Notes: generated from the letters alone by a model not told the origin. A DNA stretch of 64,000 nucleotides from Octopus vulgaris (GCA_951406725.2 OX597816.1:40300001-40364000), one strand, 5' to 3'; counted from the stretch's first letter, positions 26,343 through 38,998 are shown. Translations and numbers: made by a program.

Positions 26343-26795
26343 GTATATTAAAAAGATGTGCTATAATACTATACCACAGCCATACCAATAATCTAACATA
26401 CCTCCATCATCAGCTGCCCCACGGATATCATTATGGTTTCGACACCTGGGCAGTACTATTCAATCCGGCTGCGTCAACAGTATAAAATATTTGTTGTTTG
26501 GGAACAAATAAACCAAAGAAACCACAACTTTCAACACATTTGCCCTATGTACAACCGAATCGATAAATAAATTCAATAAGTAAATTACAACCACTCCTGA
26601 ATACGTAACTAAAAAGCCACAACACTATTAAGTCATACAAAATTTATAATCCCTACCGTCTTCCGTAGTATAATATAAAGTAAAAGCTTAATAACCGCAT
26701 TATTTCAATCAATCAATATATAGGCAGGATTAAACTCTAACTTTAATAAAACTACAGCAAAGCGACATATAAACCGATGTACATAGATGGGGGAT

Positions 26796-27179
26796 GGAAG
26801 CACTCCATTGGTTACGACGACGAGGGTTCCGGTTGATCCAAATCAACGGAACAGCCTGCTCGTGAAATTAACGTGTAAGTGGCTGAGCACTCCACAGACA
26901 CGTGCACCCTTAACGTAGTTCTCGGGGATATTCAGCGTGACACAGAGAGTGACAAGGCCGGCCCCTTGAAATAAGGTACAACAGAAACAGGAAGTAAGAG
27001 TGAGAGAAAGTTGTGGTGAAAGAGTACAGCAGGGATCACCACCATCCCCTGCCGGAGCCACGTGGAGCTTTTAGGTGTTTTCGCTCAATAAACACTCACA
27101 ACACCCGATCTGGGAATCGAAACCGCAATCCTATGACCGCGAGTCCGCTGCCCTAACCACTGGGCCATTGCGCCTCCAC
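26796..27179 (-). mobile_element. SINE group B, full length, flanked by an ~79-bp direct repeat
   Basis: Matches 3865-4249; flanks 26706-26784 and 27179-27257 are near-identical. Confidence 0.93.
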
Positions 27180-27326
27180 AATCAATCAATTTATAGGCAG
27201 GATTAAACTCTAACTTTAATAAAACTACAGCAAAGAGACATATAAACCATTGTACATTGTATCGGTATTAATAGTAAACTGCAATATCTAAATTGTATAC
27301 TAAATTGCGATCAAGCTTTAAGTCCA

Positions 27327-27379
27327 TATAAATAATAATCCCACCGGTCTAAGGAAGACCGGTGGGATTATTATTTATA
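27327..27379. repeat. Perfect 24-bp hairpin with 5-nt loop
   Basis: TATAAATAATAATCCCACCGGTCT-AAGGA-AGACCGGTGGGATTATTATTTATA. Confidence 0.95.
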
Positions 27380-27404
27380 ACAGATAACAGTAATAGCTAG
27401 ATAA

Positions 27405-27825
27405 ATTTAGTAGTTTACATGGGAGGCTGTGCGAACAACTTCAGGTCTGCCTTAATGGAGGAATAATACCAGATTGGATGACTAGAGGGGGGAAAATACT
27501 CATTATGAAACATAACATTAAGATCTAATTTTTCCCTAGCAATCTCTGAACAGATATGCCTTTGCCTTCCTCAATATTAAACTGAGGGGTATCAAACCGA
27601 ATAATGATAAAATTAATATGAGAAATGTAGAAAAATAGCAAAGTACCAGGACCTGGTGCAGGAGTGGCTGTGTGGTAAGTAGCTTGTTTACCAACCACAT
27701 GGTTCCGGGTTCAGTCCCACTGCGTGGCACCTTGGGCAAGTGTCTTCTGCTATAGCCCCGGGCCGACCAATGCCTTGTGAGTGGATTTGGTAGACGGAAA
27801 CTGAAAGAAGCCTGTCGTATATATG

Positions 27826-27858
<33 letters not shown>

Positions 27859-30018
27859 TTGTGTGTCTGTGTTTGTCCCCTTAGCATTGCTTGACAACCG
27901 ATGCTGGTGTGTTTACGTCCCCGTCACTTAGCGGTTCGGTAAAAAGAGACCGACAGAATAAGTACTGGGCTTACAAAGAATAAGTCCCGGGGTCGAGTTG
28001 CTCGATTAAAGGCGGTGCTCCAGCATGGCCGCAGTCAATGACTGAAACAAGTAAAAGAGTAAAAGAGTAAAGAGTATAGCAACCAATCACTGGCTCACCA
28101 TTAGTATGGAAGCTGTTAACGGGAATGTTTCAGAAAACATTTACGAGTAGCTTGGCAACTAGAATTTACTACTCGAAAACAAAAAGGTTGTAGGAAGAAG
28201 GCTGGAGGAAAGCATGATCTATTTTATATAGACAAAGCAGTTCTAAATGAAGTAAAAGCTAGAGAGAAAAGTCCAACAATAGCAAGGATAGATTTTACAG
28301 GAAAGCCTATGACATGATCCCACACTCATGGATAAGTGAATGTTTGAGTATATTCAGAATAGCAGACTACATAAAAGAATTAATTAGCTTTAGCATGAAG
28401 AAATGGAAAGTAGATTTAAACTCAGGTGACACACTCTTAGGGAAAGTTAATATCAAAAGAGGAATTTTCCGGGGGAACTCCTTATCCCCTTTCATATTTG
28501 TCTTATGTTTGATCCTCCTCAGTTTAGTATTGAGGAAAGCATACGCAGAGATAGCAAGGGAAAAATTAACCATTTCCTCTACATGGATGATCTGAAGTTT
28601 TGTAGTGAGAATGAATATGAGATAGATTCATTGGTACATACTAAGACTCTTCAGCAAAGATGTAGGCATGGAATTTGGCATAGATAAGTGTGCAATATTA
28701 GTCAAGAAAACGAGATAGGTAGTCAGCAGCGAAGGCATCCAATTACCAGATAGCCAAACATTAAATTCATTGACAGGAGGAGAGAGTTATAAGTATCTAG
28801 GAGTATTAGAATCTGACAGAATACTAACTACCGAAATAAAAATCGAAAATTGAGAAAGAAGGCTGTGGGAACTAATGAAGTCAAAGCTAAATGGTCCGAA
28901 TCTAATGAAGGCTGTAAATACCTGGCCTGTATCATTACTTAGATACTCAGCAGCTTTAGCATATTGGAAAAAAATGAATTAGCAAAGCTAGACAGAAAAC
29001 CTAGGAAGGAATTCAATATGAATGGAGGACTCCACCCAAGGGTAGGAGTAGCAAGATTATACCTACCTAGAAAAGAAGGTGGAAGACTGCGTGAGGTTAG
29101 CTAGAGTAGATATAGATTCCTATGTAGGTAATAGTGAAGAAAGTTTATTAAAAGCTTCTAGACTCACAGCAAGATATAGGGAAACCAAAACACCAAACGA
29201 AGTTAAAACCAGAAAAAGAACAGGAGTTATCTGACCGGCAGGATAAGGTGTTGCATGGTAGATTCCTAAAGATAGTGGCAGCGAATAATAATAGTGAGAC
29301 ATGGTTGCAGAAAGGAAAGCTGGGGAAGGAGAAAAAAGTTTGTTAGTAGCACACAAGATCAAGCATTAAGGACTAATTGGATAAAAGCCAAGAAAGACAA
29401 AAACCAAGTAGATTCCCAATGTGGATAATGAAAATCAAAAGAGGAAAGTGTTACTTATATAGTAAGTGAATGTAGCATGCTGGTACAGAAAGAATACAAG
29501 AAAATACACGACAATCTAGGGAGATCATTCACTGGGAGCTATGTAGAAAGCTAGGATTTGAACATACTGATAAATGGTATGAACATGAGCCTTGTAAAGT
29601 ATTAGAAAGTAAGAAATACAAGATGTTGTGGAACTTTAACATTCAGACTGACAGAATAATAGAAGTTAGAAGGCCTGATTTAGTAATAATAGATAAAGAG
29701 AACAGAAAATGCCAGATGATTGCAAATTTTTCCCTAGCTATCTCTGAACCGATATCATGCCTTTGCCTTCCTCAATATTAAACTGAGGGGGATCAAACCG
29801 AATAATGATAAAATTAATATGAGAAGTGTAGAAAAATAGCAAAGTACCAGGACCTGGCTATTGAATTACAGAGACTGTGGAAAGTGCGAGTAAAATGTAT
29901 ACCAGTAGTTATAGGTGCATCGGGAACTATCTCCAATGTTCCGAATAGATGGATAGAGGAAATAAGCATGAAACCCAGTTTAGTACAGCTCCAGAAAACA
30001 GTCTTATTAGGGACAGCT
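27405..30018 (+). mobile_element. R4-clade retrotransposon (same family as 4640-6960), rearranged and truncated at both ends
   Basis: IPDWMTRG, KAYDMIPHSWI, IKRGIFRGNSLSPFIFVLCL, INHFLYMDDLK, GMEFGIDKCA, RRPDLVIIDKENRKC, LQKTVLLGTA; high nucleotide similarity to 5385-6825. Confidence 0.9.
27657..28075 (+). mobile_element. SINE group C, young, inserted in the R4 element
   Basis: Full-length match to the family with (TAAAAGAG)n tail. Confidence 0.93.
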
Positions 30019-31138
30019 TGACGGACCGATCGAGCGATGCTAAATGATTCCGATAAGTGGCAATTTACTTTAACCACCGAACAGATGTCCCTGTACATTG
30101 CAACGATCCAGCCTCTGAAAACTGGACGGAAACCAGCTGCTGCGAGAACAGCCTCCAAGTATTGGTGGTCGACCTTATCAAAAGCTTTCGATTGATCTAA
30201 ATTGATCAAGGCCCCACCTATGTCATGTTCCTTACCCATCCTCTCTATGATGTAGTGCATGAGGTGGAGGATGTATATAGTTCTGGTGCGGATAGCGCTT
30301 GTCTGTGCATCACCAGCTAACGTATCGACGACAAGCGCCAACCTCTTGGCTAACACCTTGGCCAAAATCTGACAATCTACACTCAGCAGAGTAATGGGCC
30401 TAAAGTTATCAATTTTGTCCCCCTTATTCAGATCCTTCCTCACCAGGTCCACCACTCCACGGTTCACAGCACTGGGAATTCTCTCGTTCTGATGCCAGTC
30501 GTGGTATATGTCTGCCAAGAAATCACCGAACAAGTCTGATATATGTCTTAGGCTGTTACCGGTATTTCGCAGAACTCCGCTTCTCTGGTTGAGAGGTACG
30601 GCATGCCACTTAGATAGGAGATGAAATCCACCACCGTCCCAGAACCACCTCTCGCCCCATACATTTCGGCGAATTGTCGCTGAAATTCCTCATACATCTG
30701 CTTGGGCTCGATTATCATGCTCCCATCACAACTCGCCAAAGACCGAATTGTTGCTTTGTTTCTACGTAGCGCCTCTGCCACCCGGGCGTCTCGAACGGCT
30801 TTCGTTCCCTCCCGTCTCAGTGCACGCGCCCTAGGTCTGACATTGCAACATTCGTGCTTGGCATTGAAGAACTGAACAAGAGCCAATCTCGCCGCTAGCA
30901 CGTCGGTCGCTATCCTCTCCTAAGCGTCTCTTCTAGCTTTCTAACTAAGCCTCTCTCCATTCTAGATTCCTCTAATGTTATTTCCTTACCAAGACTTACA
31001 GCTTCTACTCCAATAGCCCTTTTCAGAGATATCCACCATCCGTTGTTGAGGATTACGCCCATCATCTCTCGATGGACAAACTTGCTGACACGATCTCTGA
31101 AAGCTTGGCGCACCGGGAAGGACGCGTTCAGCTTCCAG
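30017..31138 (-). mobile_element. Tx1/L1-clade ORF2 fragment (tower region and RT N-terminal part)
   Basis: WKLNASF...WWISLKRAI; NFRPITLLSVDCQILAKVLAKRL; LINLDQSKAFDKVDHQYL; FSIARSVRQ. Confidence 0.9.
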
Positions 31139-31325
31139 CAATTTCAGGGGTGAAGTAAGTCGATTCCATTGACCCCAGCCCTCAACTGGTATTTATGTTA
31201 TCGACCTCAAAAGGATGAAAAGCAAAGTCGACCTCGGCGGAATTTGAACAATTCAGAACGTAAAAACAGACGAAATGCCGCTGAGCATTTTTGCCGGCAT
31301 GGTAACGATACTGTCATCTCGCCGT
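31139..31325 (-). mobile_element. SINE group A
   Basis: AAAGGATGAAAAGCAAAGTCGACCTCGGCGGAATTTGAAC core on the plus strand. Confidence 0.8.
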
Positions 31326-31344
31326 GTTGATGATGATGATTATG

Positions 31345-31413
<69 letters not shown>

Positions 31414-32269
31414 TTAATAATAATTATAATAACAATAATAATAATAATGATAATAATAATAATAACAATAATAGTAATGATAAAAATCTCTAGAATTTAT
31501 TGTTAGAAATACTTTAAACGAGCCCCAAGTTTAAATATAAGATACAGAACTGGTTTCACTAACTCAACTGATGTACTGTTGTGTAGCAGTGAAGGCGATA
31601 TAATGCTGTTAAATATATCCTTGTAAATCAACGTTTTATTCATAATTCTATAACCCCAGGTATTGACAGCTTCACCTCGTCTTCAAAATCTTATCGATAA
31701 ATTATAAAATCTAAAATAAGAATAGATAAAAGGGTTTCTAAATGATTCAAATACAAGAAAAGGCGATATCTTAACAGACTGTAGCTTCTATTGATAATTT
31801 GGAAATGGAATCTATAAATAAACTTACTTATCTTCTGGCATTTCATTTCTTTTTTTGCGTTTATATTATATATTTATTATTTATTTATTTTTTTACAGAA
31901 ATTGACCTGGCTGAAAGATACCACCACATCTTCGATCATTCGAAAATAACTGAATCTAAAAATACTTAGAAATCTCTTGAAAACCTGCTGTTATAATATA
32001 ATATGGTATTATATTCTGAACAAAAGTATATCAAATTAATGTGTTCATCTCGAAATATGGCTAATTCTCCAACTTCTCGTGCAGCCTGTCAGCATCAATA
32101 TCAATGCATATTTTATATGCTCAATAGGAATATACGAAATAGCCATCTGTGAAAAATACATTTAGCTTTTATGGAAATGTATTCTGCTTTCTAAAGAGTA
32201 ATGTTTACTCTTTTTATCTGCAGTTTCATTGCATAAGTTCGACTTTCAACAGTTTTTCCCCCTTCTCTC

Positions 32270-32353
<84 letters not shown>

Positions 32354-32415
32354 TTCACATATGCTTACACACATATATATATATATGTGTGTATAGATAT
32401 ATATAGATATTTATG

Positions 32416-32446
<31 letters not shown>

Positions 32447-33309
32447 TGTATGTATGTATGTATGTATGTATGTATGTATGTATGTATGTATGTATGTATG
32501 CATGTATGTATATATATATATATATATATTGCTTTTTTCCCTCTTTTTTTTAAAATCTATATATCTATATATCGATTTTTCGTATTCTATATGCGAAATA
32601 ACAGACCAAGGAAGATAACGGCAGAAACTCTGCCACAGCGAAGAATCCAACCGGTAAATGTGTATGTGTTTCTTTTGATTTTGAGAAAAAAAAAAAAGAA
32701 TTTTATAAATAATATCATCCTTGTCTTTGTCATCATTATTGTTTAGGAACACGCCAGTCCTATGATAAAATATGTACTGTCGTCTATTTTCCATTAGATT
32801 CACTTAATCTCTCTAATAGTAAACTAGCCTATTAAGAATAGTAAACTAGCCAATTAAGACTCATTTGATACAGTAAAATGTAATTTGAAACCGTTTTTTG
32901 CTGATATTTCTGCATATAAGCTAATTAGTTAGAAGCTATTCCACTGTATTTTGTGAATATGAGAAAACATTTTAGTAGGTGGTGTACACCTAGTTTTGTA
33001 ATATCTGCATTTGATGAATGTGAAATCACTGGTAAATACAAAGACACTGTGAGTTTAAGAAGAAGATGACTGGGGGATCAGAAATTGGACAATGTAACGA
33101 AATAGAACAAATTAACCTGATATCAGAGTTATTTAATCTAAAGGCGCTACTATGTGTCTCTGTATATATAGAAATAACGAAAAATCAGTAGTAGATATAA
33201 AATATAAGCTACGAAAGACCTCATAACTGATATATTCTACTCTTTCTGTCCATCTGTCTGCTTGTCCATCTCTCTCATTCTCATATACATATATGACCAA
33301 TAAAATCAC

Positions 33310-33655
33310 TCATAGATCGCTCCGGCACCTGGTATGTTTCCTGTCAATGCCTTTCCTAACGTTATCACAATGGACAGTACTATTCTGAGAAGAGTGGGCT
33401 CATACCATCTCCACTGAAGCATTCTCATCGCATTCACATCTCATCCCGTTGCTGCATCCACCTAACGAAACTACAGACTAATCATTACACCAAAATCTAC
33501 GATTCCAGAATGTCAAGTCATTGGATTACCTTGTGTGTTCATATCTTTTCACAAGTGTTGAATTGCAAAGATTCAAGAGATCATAAACTGCATCCACTTC
33601 ACTAGTCTTCGTGGGCCTGACGAGGCCATGGACATCGCATTTTCCTACAATCGAG
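33310..33655 (-). mobile_element. Decayed RTE-like LINE C-terminal remnant
   Basis: Minus strand RMLQWRWYE...KALTGNIPG, reminiscent of R.RW.GH..R...K.AL.G...G.R. Confidence 0.3.
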
Positions 33656-33672
33656 CAAATAATATACATGCA

Positions 33673-33895
<223 letters not shown>

Positions 33896-34472
33896 TAGTT
33901 TGCATAATTTTGGACTACACATACATACACACAACTGTATTGCACGCATCTGACTAGCTATTATAGAAACGCAGTGCAACCCATCATTCAGACACACACA
34001 CTCACACACTCACACACACGCACACATCCATACACACACACGCACCACAGAACAGAGATGTCAGCTGATAATACCATCTCTCCGAAGATTTCCACGGCGA
34101 AGTGTCTTAACTTGGAATATTGAAATAGAAGGTGGTAGTACTGGCCATCAACCTCAGTTATTTCCCATAACTTGCATTGCTTTGGACGTGTAAAAATTAA
34201 AACAAAGCACGCACACACACACACAGTAAGTTTCGGAATTAGTATAAAAATGAAACAGAGAAAGAAACGACATTCACACAAAAGAAAAGACGTTGCTAAT
34301 CCTTATCAGTTACCGCCAAATCCAAAAGATCCTTACAATCTCACGCTTTTCACGATATCAGCGGCGAGAAACTGCTGGGAATAGCGAACGGACAAGGAAC
34401 AGCATCAAAAACAAACACAACAAAATGTGAACATACAAATAAAATAAATCGAATATACTTTACTCGTACATA

Positions 34473-34874
34473 AGGCGGCGAGCTGGTAGAAACGTTAGCG
34501 CGCCGGGCGAAATGCTTAGCGGTATTTCGTCTGTCGTTACGTTCTGAGTTCAAATTCCGCCGAGGTCGACTTTACCTTTCATCCTTTCGGGGTCGATAAA
34601 TTAAATACCAGTTCCGCACTGGGGTCAATGTAATCGACTTAATACCTATGTCTGTCCTTGTTTGTCCCCTCTAAGTTTAGCCCCTTGTGGGTAATAAAGA
34701 AATAGGTATTTCGTCTGTCGCTACGTTCTGAGTTCAAATTCCGCCGAGGTCGACTTTACCTTTCATCCTTTCGGGGTCGATTAAATAAGTACCAGTTACG
34801 CACTGGAGTCGATGCAATCGACTTAATCCCTTTGTCTGCCCTTGTTTGTCCCCTTTATGGGCAGTAAAGAAATA
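34473..34874 (+). mobile_element. SINE group A with tandemly repeated body and tail (dimer)
   Basis: After the tail AAAGAAATA the sequence restarts at internal GGTATTTCGTCTGTCG (about 34704). Confidence 0.92.
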
Positions 34875-35177
34875 TATACTTTACACGTACATACATCTCT
34901 CTATCGATGGAACCATCCATCCAGCCATCATTCGATCTATCCATTCATTCATCCATACTCACTTTCATACATACAAGTACAAATTTACACGCTAGAGGAC
35001 TCATACTTTTACGCCACATTACGCTGAAGAACATCAGTTACAACGTTAACTTTTTAATTCTGAAATTTAGGCTGTCATCAAATAAATTGCTAATAAAAAA
35101 AGCTAATAAGTTTGCGCGAATGAAACTTCGGAAATATTTTTCTCAAATATACCTCTTCTTAACTGCAAATCAGAATT

Positions 35178-35464
35178 AATTTCGTCTTGGCTACACTGAA
35201 ATATTAAAACTTTAAGATACTATACACTAGAAAAGACGTATTCTTCAGCTAGAAATGCAAAAATTTCTCAAGCAGAAATGAAAATTCTTTAAGTTGCCTA
35301 CTTGTACATCCATCCATCCATCCATCCATCCATCCATCCATCCATCCATCCGTCCGTCCGTCCGTTCGTCCGTCCGTTCGTCCGTCCGTTCGTCCGTCCG
35401 TCCGTCCGTTCGTCCGTCCGTCCGTCCGTCCGTCCGTTCGTCCGTCCGTCCGTCCGTCGGTCGC

Positions 35465-35513
<49 letters not shown>

Positions 35514-35626
35514 GTCTCTGTCTCTGTCTCTGTCTCTCTGTCTGTCTCTCTCTCTCTCTATCTATCTATCTGTCAGTGAGTCTGTCTGTCTGCCTGTCTG
35601 CCTGCCTGCCTGCCTGCCTGCATACC

Positions 35627-35681
<55 letters not shown>

Positions 35682-36092
35682 GTCTCTGTCTCTGTCTCTC
35701 TGTCTCTCTCTCTCTCTCTATCTATCTATCTGTCAGTGAGTCTGTCTGCCTGTCTGCCTGCCTGCCTACCTTCTGCCTGTCTGTCTGTCCGTCCGTCCGT
35801 CCGTCCGTCCGTCTGTCTGTCTGTTTGCATGTTTGTACGTATGTATCATCATGTATAGCATGCTAAACGCAAATATACTGTTGAAACACTGGAAACCGCT
35901 AAATTTGTCTTAGATGCTAATTTCGCCTTGGCTACACTGAAATATTAAAACTTTAAGATACTATACAATAGAAAAGACATGTTCTTCAGCTAGAAATGCA
36001 AAAATTTCTCAAGCAGAAATGAAAATTCCTTTAGTTGCCCAATTTTACATCCATCCATCCATCTATCCGTCCGTCCGTCCGTCCGTCCGTTC

Positions 36093-36124
<32 letters not shown>

Positions 36125-36187
36125 GCCTGTCTGTCTGCCTGCTTGTCTGTCTGTCTGCTTGTCTGTCTGTCTCTCTGTCTGTCTCTC

Positions 36188-36226
<39 letters not shown>

Positions 36227-36240
36227 ATCTATCTATCTAT
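35178..36240. repeat. Local duplication (offset ~740 bp) of ~130 bp unique sequence plus a compound microsatellite
   Basis: TAATTTCG.CTTGGCTACACTGAAATATTAAAACTTTAAG... at 35178 and 35918, each followed by (CATC)n(CGTC)n(TGTC)n(TC)n(TATC)n. Confidence 0.9.
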
Positions 36241-36339
36241 CACGGCCCTGTGTGGCTAATAAACTTATCTATCTCTCTCACTTATTCACTCACTCAATCA
36301 CTCACTCACTCACTCACTCACTCATTCAATCTCTGTCTT

Positions 36340-36610
36340 CCACAAGCTTACAAGCTAATCGCGACACTATCTCCTGTTCTGGCACTGTTATTCTCTATAT
36401 CGCTAGCGGGGAGATGGATCCCCGTTACCTCTAGCAGTCAGGAGTCCAAGAAAGGTCGAAACCACATGATCTGGTGGTCTGAGTGGGGAGGTGACGGGGA
36501 TTTATCTCCCCGCTAGCGGTATATAAGAGAGTTCATATTCAAACCAAAGTCAATATAAGAGTTTCTCTCCTGGTAACTAACGCAGTATAGTTTGTTCTTG
36601 TATAACATCC
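36340..36610 (+). mobile_element. Second candidate retrozyme copy: type I hammerhead at the apex of a 36-bp stem
   Basis: Arms 36396-36431 and 36488-36523; GTCAGGA 36437-36443 in place of CTGANGA, stem II GTCC-aagaaa-GGTC, GAAA 36458-36461, stem III ACCAC/GTGGT, cleavage C at 36479. Confidence 0.6.
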
Positions 36611-37159
36611 ACATTTAAGTGTGAACAAATATTATCTCTCGGTATTAGTATTATCCCTGTCGCTAATATATATATATATTTATATATATATGAGTTTATA
36701 TGGAATGGATCCAGGAGTTAATTTGTTAAAATAAAGGTGGGGCTCCAGTGTAACCATATTTATATGAATGAAGCAAGTAAATTTGTATAAAAGAATTAGA
36801 GAATACAGAGTAAATTGTAGTTATATAAATTAATTTAACTATGTGGTAATTTGAGTATATTTGTATTTCATCGTAGTTAATTTTAAATTTTAGGTTTCTA
36901 GTGAATGATATCCTAATGTTTAGTGATTTTATTCTCTCTTAGAGATCTTATTCTCGTTTTGTTAAAGCTAAAATTTGTATAATTCACCTAAAAAGCTGAT
37001 TTTAACGTACTGACTACTTGGTAAAATTATTAATTTATTAATTGATTAATTAATTTTACTCTTTATCATATATATATATATAAATTTGTGTGATATGCAT
37101 GCATGCATATATATGTATATATATATATATATTTGAATTCATATTTTCATAGAACTCTC

Positions 37160-37392
37160 TATTTCTTTACTACCCACAAGGTGCTTAACACAGAGGGGAC
37201 AAACAAGGACAGATAAACGGATTAAGTCGATTACATCGACCCCAGTGCGTAACTGGTACTTAATTTATCGACCCCGAAAGGATGAAAGGCAAAGTCATCC
37301 TCGGCAGAATTTGAACTCAGAACGTAACGACAGACGAAATACAGCTACGCATTTCCCCCGGCGTGCTAACGTTTCTGCCAGCTCGCCACCTT
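37160..37392 (-). mobile_element. SINE group A, full length
   Basis: Reverse complement of the 24241-24472 type; flanks TTCATAGAACT / TTCATAAAACT. Confidence 0.92.
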
Positions 37393-38240
37393 CATAAAAC
37401 TATGCGTACGCATACATACATTATAGGAAATAACAGCTTCATTTACCTCTTGCTTCAATAGAATATGTTAATAAAAGTCATATATAAATTTATCAGTTAT
37501 TAGAATTGGCAGTATTGATTTAATATAGAAGAAATATGAAAATATAAGCCTTCAAATTAGACGGAAACTCGAAGAATACCTGATTATTTATATTTTTATT
37601 GTACTCGCTTTATATTAGCCGTTTACTTGTTTTGTTTACTTATTGTGGTTCGATGTTCATCTTCTACTCGGAAAAAGAAAATATTTGACAGCTTTATCAT
37701 TATTGAATCAGAAAAGAAAAAAAAATAGAGGCTGGCACCAATAGAAGAAAAATGGCGATCGTGAGAGAAGAAGAATGACAGATAGAGAGACATTTGGGAA
37801 TAATGTCTGTGTTGGTAGGAGCCTTAATAAAATATTATCGTTGCTGGATTGTTTAAGTGACAAGTCCCAAGTCACAAGTGAATTTTGTGAAGTCTAACCA
37901 TAGATATGAGGTCAAAAGTTGGTCAGGTTCAAGCCAGGCGAAGAGAATTAATCCTCAATAATATGCAGTGATGAAAAAACTGGAAATATTTATCCTTTCA
38001 TGAATATTGACAGCACCACGTCAAATAGTACTTATACACACGCAGAATATATAAATTCTTACACAAGTACACACACGCACATATTCGTATATATTTTTAA
38101 ATATATGTGTATGTGTACCAGTATGTGTGAATGTATCCTAACCATGGCAATTCTTACAATTATATGGCCTCTTTGAATAGAACAACACTCACGGACACAT
38201 ATGTATGTATTGTGTATGCATTCATATATATCTTATAAAA

Positions 38241-38565
38241 GGAGCACTCCGTCGGTTGCGACGACGAGGGTCCCAGCTGATACGACCAACGGAATAGCTT
38301 GCTCGTGAAATAAACGTGCAAGTAGTTGAGCACTCCACAGATACTTGTACCCTTAACGTAGTTCTCAGGGAGATTCAGTGTGACACAGAGTGTGATAAGG
38401 CTGGTCCTTTGAAATACAGGCACTACTCATTTTTGCCAGCTGAGTGGACTAGAGCAATGTGTAATAAAGTGTCTTGCTGAAGGACACAACGCGTCGCCGA
38501 GAACTGAACTCACAACCTTACACTAGTGAGCTGAATGCCCTAACCACTAAGCTACGCTCCTTCAC
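38241..38565 (-). mobile_element. tRNA head + CORE-like domain + group B tail SINE
   Basis: Minus strand GTGTCCTTCAGCAAGACACTTTAT...TGCTCTAGTCCACTCAGCTGGCAAAAATGAGT, then the tail shared with 3865-4050. Confidence 0.8.
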
Positions 38566-38586
38566 ATATATATATCTTATATATAA

Positions 38587-38932
38587 AGGGTAAAGACCCC
38601 CTTCGGTCATGAGTGACCATGGGTTTGCACCTAGAGAGTTACCCTCTGAGGCACAAGTCTGGGCAAGGTTGTTTTTTTTTTATGGAAGACCAGTAGTCGC
38701 CCATGCATACCGGCCTCCCCTCTCCACGCCACCAGTGTTATCCAAGGGAAAGACAAAGGCTGATACAGCTTGGCACCTGTGACGTCGCAACTCATTTCTA
38801 CAGCTGAGTGAACTGGAGCAACGTGAAATAAAGCGTCTTGCTCAAGAACACAACACGCAGCCCGGTCCGGGATTCGAGCTCACAACCTCACGATCGTAAG
38901 CTCGACGCTCTAACCACTGAGCCATGCGCCTC

Positions 38933-38935
<3 letters not shown>
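38587..38935 (-). mobile_element. tRNA head + CORE-like domain SINE with a different tail
   Basis: Head GTGGAGGCGCATGGCTCAGTGGTTAGAGC; CORE-like GTGTTCTTGAGCAAGACGCTTTATTTCACGTTGCTCCAGTTCACTCAGCTGTAGAAATGAG; tail ends CATGGTCACTCATGACCGAAGGGGGTCTTTACC. Confidence 0.85.

Positions 38936-38998
<63 letters not shown>

Noticed and set aside
31880-31970. Strong-looking splice acceptor TTTTTTTACAG followed by a short open frame (IDLAERYHHIFDHSK...*)
   Set aside because: No recognisable homology or partner exons; such acceptors arise by chance in AT-rich DNA. RNA-seq would be needed.
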